Counted from the stretch's first letter, positions 41,455 through 50,334 are shown. The stretch is 64,000 nt of DNA from a virus (IMGVR_UViG_3300029951_000020:1-64000), one strand, 5' to 3'. Notes: generated from the letters alone by a model not told the origin. Made by a program: numbers and translations.

Positions 41455-42679
41455 GTTTGATGATGTCGACTTCGCGCTCGGCGCGGGTCACGGCAGTGTA
41501 CATCCATTTGTCCCAGTCGGCGCCGGGCCACTCGTCGAGGATGGCGACGCGCTTCCACTGCGAGCCCTGCGCCTTGTGGCAGGTGATCGCGAAGCCGTAC
41601 GTGAACATCTGGCTATCCTTGATCGCCCAGGGTGATACCTCTTTGCCCAAAAAGGGCTCCTGGTGGGCCTCGACGAACATGCGCTCGTCGTCCTCGCCGC
41701 GCAGGTTGAGCTGGACGTAGCGACCCTCGACGTAGGAGTCCTCCTCGCAGAACCACAGCTGCCCGTTCAGTAGTCCGATCTCGCGGTTGTTGCGCAGGCA
41801 GATCAGCTTGTCGCCCTTCATCGGCAGCGGCTTCGTGTGACCCAGCAGCGCGCGAATACGGGCGTTGGATGTGTGCCGCGTAGCGTTGCGGCCCACGATC
41901 AGCTGGTCCGCAGCCATCACGATCTCGCCGATCCTATCCTTGCCCAGATCGCTACCACGCAGCACGCGGCTCAGCACGGCGTTGCCCTCTTCATCCTTGC
42001 CGTGGTGGTCGCCCATCGTGAGGCCGCGTTGCTCGCGAATGTCGGTCGCCAGGCGGATGATCGAGTTGTCCTTCGACTGACGGTGGATCTCGGTCAGCAG
42101 CACCTCCGGCTTGTGGATCGGGAAGTAGCTCGGGCCGTAGATCGGTTGCAGCTGGAACGGGTCGCCCAGCGCGAGTATCTTGACGCCGAACGACGCCATG
42201 TCCGCGCCGACGGTCTTGTCGATCTGGCTGCACTCATCTGGCACCAGCAGCTTCGCGGTCTTGGCGGGGCTGTCGAGGTTCAACGAGAACATCGGCCGCA
42301 TGACGTTGGCCCGCTCCTCGGTGATCTTGTGTGTGATCGAGATCAGCTTGATGCGGTTCTCGTGCGGCTCCTTCTCCAGGAGCAAGCGCTCGGCCTCAAG
42401 CTGCCGCAGCCGCTCCTTGCTCTTGTCCTTCGGGCTGTAGATCGCCGAGTGGATCGTGCTGGCGTTGGTGCAGCCTTTCTTGTGCAGGACGTGCGCGGCT
42501 TTACCCGTGGGCGCCATGAATAGCACCTCTCCGTCCACGTCCTTCGCGAAGTGCCTTGCGAGCGACGTCTTGCCGCTGCCGGCGGGACCGAAGAAACGGA
42601 AGACCTGTGGGGCGTGGGGGTCGGCGAGCCAGGCGGCGACTTTGCGCAGGGCGGTGTCTTGTTGGGGGGAGAGGTCCAT
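41450..42679 (-). CDS. RecD/Dda-like SF1 helicase
   Basis: Walker A GPAGSGKTS; LLVPDECSQ; ALGDPFQLQPI; C-terminal TCHKAQGSQW..YTAVTRA. Trimmed to MDLSPQQ at 42679. Confidence 0.8.
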   Translation of the reverse strand: MDLSPQQDTALRKVAAWLADPHAPQVFRFFGPAGSGKTSLARHFAKDVDGEVLFMAPTGKAAHVLHKKGCTNASTIHSAIYSPKDKSKERLRQLEAERLLLEKEPHENRIKLISITHKITEERANVMRPMFSLNLDSPAKTAKLLVPDECSQIDKTVGADMASFGVKILALGDPFQLQPIYGPSYFPIHKPEVLLTEIHRQSKDNSIIRLATDIREQRGLTMGDHHGKDEEGNAVLSRVLRGSDLGKDRIGEIVMAADQLIVGRNATRHTSNARIRALLGHTKPLPMKGDKLICLRNNREIGLLNGQLWFCEEDSYVEGRYVQLNLRGEDDERMFVEAHQEPFLGKEVSPWAIKDSQMFTYGFAITCHKAQGSQWKRVAILDEWPGADWDKWMYTAVTRAEREVDIIKL

Positions 42680-42724
42680 GAATGGCCGGTGGGTCACTGC
42701 GAAAACAGCGGATACCTCCAAAGA

Positions 42725-42809
42725 GCGGCACCCGGTGAAGGGTGCCGCATCTGCGTTCGTAAACGATGCAGTAAAGACGATTTTGGAAATCGTCTTCACA
42801 GCATCGTTT
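42725..42809 (-). promoter_or_regulatory. two tandem hairpins in the 128-nt gap upstream of the helicase gene
   Basis: A 23-bp-arm inverted repeat (21/23 matches) at 42761-42809 overlaps the upstream stop. A 9-bp GC stem GCGGCACCC/GGGTGCCGC lies at 42725-42748. Confidence 0.5.
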
Positions 42810-43629
42810 AGAACACCGCTTCTGCATCCTTCGTCGCGGGGCGCTCGCTGGTCGCTTCCGCCGTCTTCACCGCGCCCTGCCGGATCATCTGGTTGAAGCC
42901 CTTGGCGTCCTGGTAGAGGCTGTCGTCGGGCGACAGGCGGACGGCGGTGGCGTCGGCGCCGTTGAAGCCGACCGGCTGGAAGTTGAAATACTTGAAGCCG
43001 TCCTTCTCTTCCTTGATGGTCTTCAGGCGGTAGACGTGGCTGAACAGCGGCGGGTTGATGCGGCGGCCGTCGCCGACCACGACCTGGACCATTTTGGCCT
43101 TGGTGATGAAGTTCTTGTATATCTTCACCTTCATCGAGGTGAACGCGATGGCCGCGTACTCGGTGGTGCCGTCGGCCTTGAGGACGATGACGTACAGGTA
43201 GTAGGTCTCGACCAGGTCGTTGCCAGCCTCGGTCTTGTACTCGCCGAACTTCTCGCTCGCGGCCTGCGCCTTTTTCACCACGTCGCTGTCCAGTTCGTGC
43301 TTGCCGACGAAGCCACCGCCGTCGTCGCGCGGCTTCCACTCGACGAAGATGTGCTGGGAGAAGCACGGGATCAGCGCGATGCCGTCGGTGCCGGAGTAGG
43401 GCTCATTGGTGACCGTATTGAGAATATCACCGGCCTTCGCTGCGGGATTCAGGTCCAGTTTCTTGGACTGCGGCTGCAGGACTTCCAGGAACGGGATGAC
43501 CAGATCGGTCTGGGAGACGCCCTCGAATCCGGCGCCGACGTCATCGCCGTAGTCGATCACGGCCACGTTGGTGCTCTTCGGCTTCTCGGCCACTTCGCCC
43601 TTCGGCGCTGTTGCGGTTTTCTGATTCAT
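42808..43629 (-). CDS. conserved DNA-metabolism-module protein (273 aa), function unknown
   Basis: Track ORF between recombination-like and helicase genes. The acidic C-terminus ends in Phe, which is a weak hint of an SSB-like role. Confidence 0.55.
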   Translation of the reverse strand: MNQKTATAPKGEVAEKPKSTNVAVIDYGDDVGAGFEGVSQTDLVIPFLEVLQPQSKKLDLNPAAKAGDILNTVTNEPYSGTDGIALIPCFSQHIFVEWKPRDDGGGFVGKHELDSDVVKKAQAASEKFGEYKTEAGNDLVETYYLYVIVLKADGTTEYAAIAFTSMKVKIYKNFITKAKMVQVVVGDGRRINPPLFSHVYRLKTIKEEKDGFKYFNFQPVGFNGADATAVRLSPDDSLYQDAKGFNQMIRQGAVKTAEATSERPATKDAEAVF

Positions 43630-44069
43630 TTGCTTCTCTTACCTCGCTTGCTCTTGGATTTTGGGCCGTTTTTTTGAGTGCCGGCGCGCGGTGCACTTTG
43701 CTTTGACCCCTTGACCGGGGTCTTCGGTAAACGGGTAGCCGTTGCAGCCACGACGCCATTCTTTTTCTTCTTCGGCGTCATGGCTGCAACAGCTTCAGGA
43801 CTATCTTCGGCACGTAAAAATTTCGGCGTAGGTTCGTAAACGGGAGCATCGAACAGATCGTCCAGGAGTGCGCCCACCGCATGCACTACCAGCGCGTCCA
43901 TCGGCCCACCGAATAGTCGTTCGCCACGCTTCGGCCAAAGCCAGATGAAGAACCGGATCACCTTCTCGATCGGCGCGCTGAGGAAGTAAGCTAACACCGG
44001 GGCGCCGACGCAGAGCGCGACGACGAGAATGGCGGTGACGAAGGGAGAAAACTGATAGGGGTCGCTCAT
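43626..44069 (-). CDS. membrane-anchored protein with a Lys-rich tail (147 aa)
   Basis: Track ORF with an N-terminal transmembrane segment. Confidence 0.5.
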   Translation of the reverse strand: MSDPYQFSPFVTAILVVALCVGAPVLAYFLSAPIEKVIRFFIWLWPKRGERLFGGPMDALVVHAVGALLDDLFDAPVYEPTPKFLRAEDSPEAVAAMTPKKKKNGVVAATATRLPKTPVKGSKQSAPRAGTQKNGPKSKSKRGKRSK

Positions 44070-44260
44070 GGTATTTTTACATCCATCTTGTACATGACGT
44101 GGTCGTAAACGACATAGCCGGAGTTATCGACGATATGCCACCAGTCGCCCCCACCTCGGCTCTCGACGGCTTCACTGACCGTGTCGAATGATCCTTTGAA
44201 GTCGCCCCAGCCTCCACTCGGATAGTAGTTGTCGCCACCGAATAGTAAGAACTGCTTCAC
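44066..44260 (-). CDS. hypothetical protein (64 aa)
   Basis: Track ORF. Confidence 0.45.
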   Translation of the reverse strand: MKQFLLFGGDNYYPSGGWGDFKGSFDTVSEAVESRGGGDWWHIVDNSGYVVYDHVMYKMDVKIP

Positions 44261-44832
44261 TTCCCGATCTCGATCACCGATTTGCGCTGCCGGAACACGC
44301 CCAGCAGATCCATCGGAATCTCCTTGCCCTCTGCAAGCGCCTCGCGCACGAACGCGGCGAGTGTTTGGGTGTGGACGTTGGCCTCGTCCTCGACGATCAG
44401 GCCGCGGTTCAGCAGCTCGTCGGCCAGCGCCTTCGCGGCGTCGTCATCATCGCGCCCGAATTCGATGCTGACGCAGCGCTTGATCAGGGCAGCGTGGCCA
44501 TGCTCGCGCAGCCACTGCAGCGCGCGGCCCTTCGAGTTCTTGGGGATCGAGGCGCGGATCGACTCTTTGATCTTGATGACCAGGCCGCTGGAGGTCTGGA
44601 ACATCTCCATGCCCAGTTCCTCCATTGCTTGGGGCAGTTCGCGCTCGGCGATCTGGTCGACCGCCTTCTTGGCGATCTCGACCGCTTCCTGTGCCTTCAG
44701 CAGAACCTGCTCGGCGTCGGCCTGCTTCTCGGCCAGTTTGCCCAGGCGCACCATGACGTTGTCGGCCTTGGGGCCGTCCGCTTCGGCGGCGTCTGATGCG
44801 TATTCGTTTGCGAGATCGTTGATGTCAACCAT
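44257..44832 (-). CDS. coiled-coil protein (191 aa), possibly Gp157-like
   Basis: Frame of 44257..44874, trimmed to ATG 44832, 8 nt after AAGGAA. Confidence 0.5.
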   Translation of the reverse strand: MVDINDLANEYASDAAEADGPKADNVMVRLGKLAEKQADAEQVLLKAQEAVEIAKKAVDQIAERELPQAMEELGMEMFQTSSGLVIKIKESIRASIPKNSKGRALQWLREHGHAALIKRCVSIEFGRDDDDAAKALADELLNRGLIVEDEANVHTQTLAAFVREALAEGKEIPMDLLGVFRQRKSVIEIGK

Positions 44833-44872
44833 ATTGGGTTCCTTCGTTCCTTTTCTGTGCTTCGATAGTGTC

Positions 44873-44901
44873 AAATTAGCAGGGGTTTAAGCAGATGTCA
44901 A
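44873..44901 (-). promoter_or_regulatory. internal promoter TTGACA-17 nt-TAATTT
   Basis: Read on the minus strand. Followed by the leader GCACAGAAAAGGAACG (44845-44860). Confidence 0.4.
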
Positions 44902-45263
44902 ATACTATTTCCAACGGCGCGAAACACACCGTCCACCAGGATCGGCATGTAGCGCTGATCCTTGCCTGACCACTGCAACACCTTGACGCGGCCGTCGTTA
45001 TAGTCGGCGGCGATGGCGAAGCAGATACTCATCAGCACGGGGTTGCCCACCAGCAGCAGGTGGTCATCGTCGCAGAAGTCGGCGAGCTTGCGGTGCAGAT
45101 CGTCGAGGAAGCGGTCGGGGGTCCAGGGCGGGACGTTGCTCCCTAATAGGTAGATGATCTCGTCGCCGTGTTCGAGCGCCCCGGACAGGTCGAACTTTGG
45201 GACCAGTTCCATCGTTTGGGGGTCGCGGTGGAGCTGGTTTTGGACGGCGAAGATGCGGCTCAT
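44898..45263 (-). CDS. hypothetical protein (121 aa)
   Basis: Track ORF. Confidence 0.55.
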   Translation of the reverse strand: MSRIFAVQNQLHRDPQTMELVPKFDLSGALEHGDEIIYLLGSNVPPWTPDRFLDDLHRKLADFCDDDHLLLVGNPVLMSICFAIAADYNDGRVKVLQWSGKDQRYMPILVDGVFRAVGNSI

Positions 45264-45673
45264 TCTGGGCTCTTTGGGTTCAACACGAAGCAGGCGATAT
45301 GTCGGCCGGTTCCTTTGCCCTGAGAACGGTCCTCGGTGGCAAGCCAGCGCACATCGCCCAGATTACGCACTTCAGCGCCGGCTGCCAAGAGCATGAGCAC
45401 CCACTTGTCGATTGGGTACACGAGGACGACTCGCTTGCCTTTCTGCTGCTCGGCGATGGCCTTGCGCACCCATGCGGTCGGACCTTTCTTCTTGCCTTGG
45501 TGGATGATGGAACCAAACGGCGGATTGACGTAGTTCGACGTGCCCCACTCATCGGTGAGACCGTCGAATCCCTCCGGCTTCGGGTACGGGCACGGATCGA
45601 AGTTGAAGCCGAACTCCAGATCAAGCTGTTCGTAGAGAGGACGGCGTGAGCCAGTAGTGCTTGCCGTCATCAC
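45260..45673 (-). CDS. Dam-like N6-adenine DNA methyltransferase (phage Dam family), N-terminus frame-split
   Basis: LDLEFGFNFDPCP ... NPPFG. The W-x-T-P motif expected just upstream (HYWLTP) sits in a different frame, 45621..45737. Confidence 0.65.
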   Translation of the reverse strand: MMTASTTGSRRPLYEQLDLEFGFNFDPCPYPKPEGFDGLTDEWGTSNYVNPPFGSIIHQGKKKGPTAWVRKAIAEQQKGKRVVLVYPIDKWVLMLLAAGAEVRNLGDVRWLATEDRSQGKGTGRHIACFVLNPKSPE

Positions 45674-45814
45674 CGTTACCGACGTGGAACTTATTGTCGG
45701 ACGGTGCGAGTTGCGACTGATGCATTACTTGAACCATAGGACGAGCGATCCAGAAAGAAAACATAAAGAGCCGAAGATATATAAGAGCAACGCTATTTTA
45801 TCAGCGGACATGTG

Positions 45815-48214
45815 TCAGATCCACCCCTTGATCACGTCGCCATTGATTTCGCCGGCCACATCGAATTTGGATCGCAACGCCGGGATGATCCGCTCGTCCA
45901 CCGTCCCCGTCCCCACGATGTCGATGATCTCCAGCGCATGCTTCTTGCCGATCAACTGTGGACGATCTTCGCTCTGTAGGCGGTCGATCAATCGGAAGGT
46001 GTTGGTATGGTAAATCGCGGTCTTCGCTGCGTAGAGCGGAAGACCAGAGCCGCCGACCTGGGCCTTGGACAGGAACCAACATACGTCCTCGGGATCATTC
46101 TGGAAGCGATGCTTGGCCGCAGCCCGATCTTCATCGCTCACCCGTCCATCATACTGCACGAACGGGATGCCCTTCTTCGTCATCTCGATCTTGAGCAGGT
46201 CGATGTCCATGTCGAAGCGGCACCACACGATGCCTTTATGCCTGCGATCCTCGATCACCTCCATCGTCGTATCAACGCGGGGGTTGCGACCAGGCATGAC
46301 GTGGTGGACCTCCTCGATCTCGGATGGCAGGTAGCCTGATGCGATCTGTTGGAGACGCAGCAACCGAACGATGGGCAGCACGCTGGTTACCAACTCACCG
46401 TCCACCTCGACCATGTACTCGTCGCGCAGCGCTTGGTAGATGCGGTCCTGCTCCGGCGTCATCTCGAAGTACCGCTTCGAGTACAGCTTCTCCGGCAGGT
46501 TGATGTCGGCGTCATCCTCGGTGACGCGAGAGAAGATCGGCTGGATGATCTGGTTGAGGTAGTCGAGTCGCTTGTACCCCTTCAGCAGCGGGAACTCGCG
46601 ACCGCCGTCCTTCGGCTTGATCTTGACCCATACGCCGAAGTGCGTCTTGAACTCGACGTAACTGTCGAGATGGTGCTTCAACCAGAAGTCGGCGTCGAGG
46701 AACTTGAACTGGGAGTAGAGATCGAAGGGGCCGTTGGCGACCGGGGTTCCATTGAGTCCAGTTCGATAAGGGGCGAAGGGACCAGCAGCGACCAGCGTTT
46801 TACTCAGCTTGCCGATGTTTCGACCAGGGGGGCTCTTGGCTCGCCAGCAGTTATGGACGAGGTATCCGTTTGCGAAATAATGCGGGCATCCTTCAACTTC
46901 GAGATTATAGACGGTGACAGGCACTCTTCGTTCTTGAACCTGAACACAGTCCACCCGAGTTCTTCCAGTTTGGTTTGCTTCTTGATGTCCTTCGCCCTGA
47001 TCGCATGGGCCAGATGACTCAGACCGTCCACTTCGATTGCGATCATCCGTGCGGGATGTGCCAAATCGGGCTTGTAGTTGGTGGGATAGCCAGGCTGCTT
47101 TCCGCCCAACTTGATCGGATACTCGGGAACCCACTCCGAGCCCAGGATGTTCCACAGTTCCTGCTGTGCAGGCGTCAAACCACGACCGTTCCCACCACGG
47201 TTCGCCGCTCCCACACAGTCCTTGCCCTGAAGTGCTGCGCTGATCCGTGCGCGGGTTTCGTCCGAACGTGGCTGGCCCTTGTTGGCGGGTGGGCGACCTT
47301 TGTTCTTGCCCATCATCGCCTTGCTGACTTTCGCGTAGGTCTCCGGCTTGAACACTTTGGCCCTGTGTTCCGGAGTATTCATTCTCCACTTCGCTGAGCA
47401 GGATCGACCGCAGAATCTGCCTCTGTTCGGTTATTCCTTCTTCAACTTCGGAACAAACAGCGCCCCGCAAATCTGACAGGGCCTCTCCGGTAGTCGAAAG
47501 TAATAGACCCTGTGTCTTTTCGGCATGTTCCCACCCTAAATCGGTAAACAGCGGATGATCCGCCGTACATTCAATGAGCAACTTATCTTTCGAGAAAAGT
47601 TGCACCGTTTGCTGTGTCTTCGACACATGAACATATGAGATGGGCCGAAGACCATTTGAGGTAAGCACCGAGTCGCCCACCCTCAGCGACTCAATAGGTC
47701 TCTCACCAGTTTCGGTGGAGATCATCGTGCCTGCAACAAAGCACTCATCGGCTACGAAGTTGGATCGATGTCGCTGCAGAAACTCCTTCGCTGTAGCCTT
47801 GCCACGATCCGTCATAAACGCATCGTAACTCATTGTTAAAACAGCGAAGTCCTTATGCTTCACCACCCGCTCGATCTTCTCCTGGTGCTTCAGGGTGTTC
47901 GCCTTCGGCGACTCGTAGTAGGCCGCGCGCGTCTTGCGCATAATGCGATCGGGAACGTGTCTGCCCAGCTCATCCTCGACCCAGGACCGCTGCACGCCGT
48001 TGGGCGCCAGCACAAACAGCCCGTCTACCTTCCCCTGCTCGTACAGGTAGCAGGTCTTGTCGATGGTCGCCTTGGTCTTGCCGGTGCGCGGCACCCAACC
48101 CAGGAAGCGCGCGACGTCGTCGCGGTGCTCCTCGAACTCCTTCAGCTGGTGGGCGAACGGCTCGGACTTGAACTCGTAGCGGTATTCCAAGACAGCTTCC
48201 TTTTCTATTGACAA
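45815..48214 (-). CDS. SNF2-family helicase interrupted by an intein
   Basis: Motif I PRTGKTKA; DE|C...HN|CWRAK (DExH split by the intein); C-terminal SNF2 domain. The start may be TTG 48190, after AGAAAAGGAAG. Confidence 0.85.
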   Translation of the reverse strand: MSIEKEAVLEYRYEFKSEPFAHQLKEFEEHRDDVARFLGWVPRTGKTKATIDKTCYLYEQGKVDGLFVLAPNGVQRSWVEDELGRHVPDRIMRKTRAAYYESPKANTLKHQEKIERVVKHKDFAVLTMSYDAFMTDRGKATAKEFLQRHRSNFVADECFVAGTMISTETGERPIESLRVGDSVLTSNGLRPISYVHVSKTQQTVQLFSKDKLLIECTADHPLFTDLGWEHAEKTQGLLLSTTGEALSDLRGAVCSEVEEGITEQRQILRSILLSEVENEYSGTQGQSVQAGDLRESQQGDDGQEQRSPTRQQGPATFGRNPRTDQRSTSGQGLCGSGEPWWERSWFDACTAGTVEHPGLGVGSRVSDQVGRKAAWLSHQLQARFGTSRTDDRNRSGRSESSGPCDQGEGHQEANQTGRTRVDCVQVQERRVPVTVYNLEVEGCPHYFANGYLVHNCWRAKSPPGRNIGKLSKTLVAAGPFAPYRTGLNGTPVANGPFDLYSQFKFLDADFWLKHHLDSYVEFKTHFGVWVKIKPKDGGREFPLLKGYKRLDYLNQIIQPIFSRVTEDDADINLPEKLYSKRYFEMTPEQDRIYQALRDEYMVEVDGELVTSVLPIVRLLRLQQIASGYLPSEIEEVHHVMPGRNPRVDTTMEVIEDRRHKGIVWCRFDMDIDLLKIEMTKKGIPFVQYDGRVSDEDRAAAKHRFQNDPEDVCWFLSKAQVGGSGLPLYAAKTAIYHTNTFRLIDRLQSEDRPQLIGKKHALEIIDIVGTGTVDERIIPALRSKFDVAGEINGDVIKGWI
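46804..47382 (-). CDS. NUMOD3 + DUF559/Vsr-like homing endonuclease, nested out of frame in the intein
   Basis: Track ORF. Contains ETYAKVSKAMMGK and ETRARISAALQGK (NUMOD3-like) and YKPDLAHPARMIAIEVDGLSH...KD..K...LGWTVFRF (PD-(D/E)XK). Confidence 0.65.
   Translation of the reverse strand: MNTPEHRAKVFKPETYAKVSKAMMGKNKGRPPANKGQPRSDETRARISAALQGKDCVGAANRGGNGRGLTPAQQELWNILGSEWVPEYPIKLGGKQPGYPTNYKPDLAHPARMIAIEVDGLSHLAHAIRAKDIKKQTKLEELGWTVFRFKNEECLSPSIISKLKDARIISQTDTSSITAGEPRAPLVETSAS
46850..47743 (-). mobile_element. intein (298 codons) in helicase motif II
   Basis: Begins CFVAGTMIS (block A) and has TADHPLFT (block B). Ends VYNLEVEGCPHYFANGYLVHN, followed by a +1 Cys. Confidence 0.8.
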
Positions 48215-48231
48215 AACGACTCTATCACAGC

Positions 48232-48681
48232 CTACTTCCTGCGTCTATCCCCGGTCTTCCTCGGCGCCTTGATCACAGTGGCCTCGTAGTGGTAGGTCTC
48301 CGTATCCTCCTGAAACGACAACGTCCCAACACTGCGCCGGCCGGAGATCCGTACGAGATCGCGGTACAGATTGATGATCGTCGCGTTGAGGTGGCCAGCG
48401 CGCGCGGCCGAGGCGTGCTGCAGTTTGGTAATGTCCGTGCGGCAGGACTCGTGCTCGTGCTTCATGTCATCCAGCAGCTGACGCAGCCCCTCGATTGCGC
48501 GCTTGTTCTGGTACCACACGATGACGCCCATGAACGCTGCTGCGCTGAGAAACAGCACTTCGTAACGCCTCTCGCTGCTGAACAACTGCGTGATCGCCGG
48601 CAGCAACGCCACTGCGGCCCCGGCGACGGCCGTCAGGACCGTCGAGATGGGCGTCTTCTCGCTATGCAGTTTTACCTCCAT
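48232..48681 (-). CDS. membrane protein (149 aa)
   Basis: Frame of 48232..48843, trimmed to MEVKLHSEK. Two transmembrane segments. Confidence 0.5.
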   Translation of the reverse strand: MEVKLHSEKTPISTVLTAVAGAAVALLPAITQLFSSERRYEVLFLSAAAFMGVIVWYQNKRAIEGLRQLLDDMKHEHESCRTDITKLQHASAARAGHLNATIINLYRDLVRISGRRSVGTLSFQEDTETYHYEATVIKAPRKTGDRRRK

Positions 48682-49094
48682 CGCGGATAATCCTTGTGCT
48701 TGTCTTCCTTGCGCCGGTTGTAGTCGACTGGCCGGTATTGGGCGTCGCCCGTGTTGTTCTTCTCCAGTTCGGTCAGGAAGGCGTTGCGCACGGCCTGCAT
48801 GGCGAAGGCCCAGAGAACGCGCCACGGCGTCCAGAAGGTCCACACCCGGATACCGGGCACTTTGTAGCGCGCTTCGATCGCGTAGGGGGCCTTGCGCTCC
48901 TCGCTGCTGGTGCGCAGCGCCAGGCGGCGTTCACGGCCTCCGAGCCATATCCAGCCCATGATCGTGAGGAAGACGATCATGGAGCCGATGGTCCAGATCG
49001 ACCAGCCGAACAACGGGCTGAGCGACGTGATCAGCGTGGCGAAGAGGGAGTTAAGCAGGTGCCTCAGTTTCATGGCGACGGCGACCCATAACAA
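48672..49094 (-). CDS. membrane protein (about 133-140 aa)
   Basis: Track ORF. An alternative start lies at 49073. Confidence 0.5.
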   Translation of the reverse strand: MLWVAVAMKLRHLLNSLFATLITSLSPLFGWSIWTIGSMIVFLTIMGWIWLGGRERRLALRTSSEERKAPYAIEARYKVPGIRVWTFWTPWRVLWAFAMQAVRNAFLTELEKNNTGDAQYRPVDYNRRKEDKHKDYPRWR

Positions 49095-49467
49095 TCAGGA
49101 TGGTAAGTGCCGTCGCGGCACCTATGAGATTAGGCCAAGGCCCGAAGGCTTGGGTGCAAAGCTTCAACGATGATGCCTGCGTACCGAACAGCGCGGTACC
49201 GCAGATGCCGATCTCCGACTCCTCCATTATCGCAATAATTGCGGCCAAGCATAAGAGTGTGCGCCAGGGCTCGGGCCACGAGCGAACTGTGAACAGCGTC
49301 ACAGTCGCGAAGACGATGACCTCCGGTGCCCTACCGACGTACTGAATCCAGCGGTACGCCTCATCCGGACGCGCGAACATATCTGCCCACCAGTTCACGC
49401 CGTAGTGGACCACAAAAACAATGGCCGCTGCGAACAATGCAGCGGCCATCTGTAGGCGTCGGGCCAT
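49051..49467 (-). CDS. polytopic membrane protein (138 aa)
   Basis: Track ORF with about four hydrophobic segments. Confidence 0.55.
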   Translation of the reverse strand: MARRLQMAAALFAAAIVFVVHYGVNWWADMFARPDEAYRWIQYVGRAPEVIVFATVTLFTVRSWPEPWRTLLCLAAIIAIMEESEIGICGTALFGTQASSLKLCTQAFGPWPNLIGAATALTILIVMGRRRHETEAPA

Positions 49468-49554
49468 CGGTCGACTAGCCGCCGGGAGGACCCTTGCCGC
49501 CGCCGTCCAGCGGCTTCGCGCCCTTCTTCACGGGCTTCGCTTTCGCCTTCTTCT

Positions 49555-50055
49555 TCATGGTGTCGCTCCTACTGGGGTGACGGGGGCACCGCCGTTGGCG
49601 ATGACGGCTTGTTCGAGTCCGCCGAGGCCGACGGACTCGACGCTACACTGGGAAAGGATTGCGGATAGTCGGTCAGCAAATCCTGGATCATTTGGTGCGC
49701 TTTGGGCGGCTGCATCAGTGCCGCCGGGAACGGCGGGCAGCTTTGCACCACCGCTTGCTGTGGCTGGCTTGCGCACCCGACGCACAACAGGCTGAGCATC
49801 ATCGCAGTGGCCAGCAACGACGGCCTGAACTGCGGGCTTCTCTTCCGCGACCACGACTTGCTGCTGGGATTCATTGCTGACGACTCCGGTTGTTGCCTGG
49901 GCCTGTGAGATGGCCAATTTGGACGCGTCGATCTGTGCCTGCGCGACCGCGGCGTCCCATTCGTTCTTCTCGTAGTGCTTGCCGACGAAGAAAGCACCGC
50001 CCGTTGACGCAAGCCAGAACAGGACCGCGCCGAGCATTACGTAGGGGTTGAGCAT
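49555..50055 (-). CDS. i-spanin (Rz-like) candidate
   Basis: An N-terminal transmembrane segment (VMLGAVLFWLASTGGAFFV) is followed by a coiled-coil periplasmic part. Confidence 0.5.
   Translation of the reverse strand: MLNPYVMLGAVLFWLASTGGAFFVGKHYEKNEWDAAVAQAQIDASKLAISQAQATTGVVSNESQQQVVVAEEKPAVQAVVAGHCDDAQPVVRRVRKPATASGGAKLPAVPGGTDAAAQSAPNDPGFADRLSAILSQCSVESVGLGGLEQAVIANGGAPVTPVGATP
49569..49802 (-). CDS. embedded o-spanin (Rz1-like) candidate
   Basis: A +1-frame ORF inside the Rz-like gene. It starts MMLSLLCVGCASQPQQ, which is an imperfect lipobox, and the mature part is Pro-rich. Confidence 0.4.
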   Translation of the reverse strand: MMLSLLCVGCASQPQQAVVQSCPPFPAALMQPPKAHQMIQDLLTDYPQSFPSVASSPSASADSNKPSSPTAVPPSPQ

Positions 50056-50334
50056 TTAGTTCTCTTTCACTGTGACGGTGCTACCGCCGGCCTGGACGCG
50101 GATGTCCTGCGCCATTGCGGGGTCTTTCGGCTTCAGGGCCATCGCTGCGCCCATGCCGGCGAGCGCCGACCCCAGACCGATGCCGAAGGTCTGCGGGTCG
50201 AACTTCGTGTAGTTGGCGATGGCCAGGCCCAGGAACACCAGTACCCCGAGGAAGGTCAGCATCTGAGCCATCTCGTAGGTTTCATTGTCGTTTCCCGTGA
50301 GGGTATTTCTCAGGAGACGACCGAGGATGTTCAT
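50056..50334 (-). CDS. holin-like two-TM protein (92 aa)
   Basis: Track ORF. Transmembrane segments MLTFLGVLVFLGLAIANY and FGIGLGSALAGMGAAMAL. Confidence 0.45.
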   Translation of the reverse strand: MNILGRLLRNTLTGNDNETYEMAQMLTFLGVLVFLGLAIANYTKFDPQTFGIGLGSALAGMGAAMALKPKDPAMAQDIRVQAGGSTVTVKEN

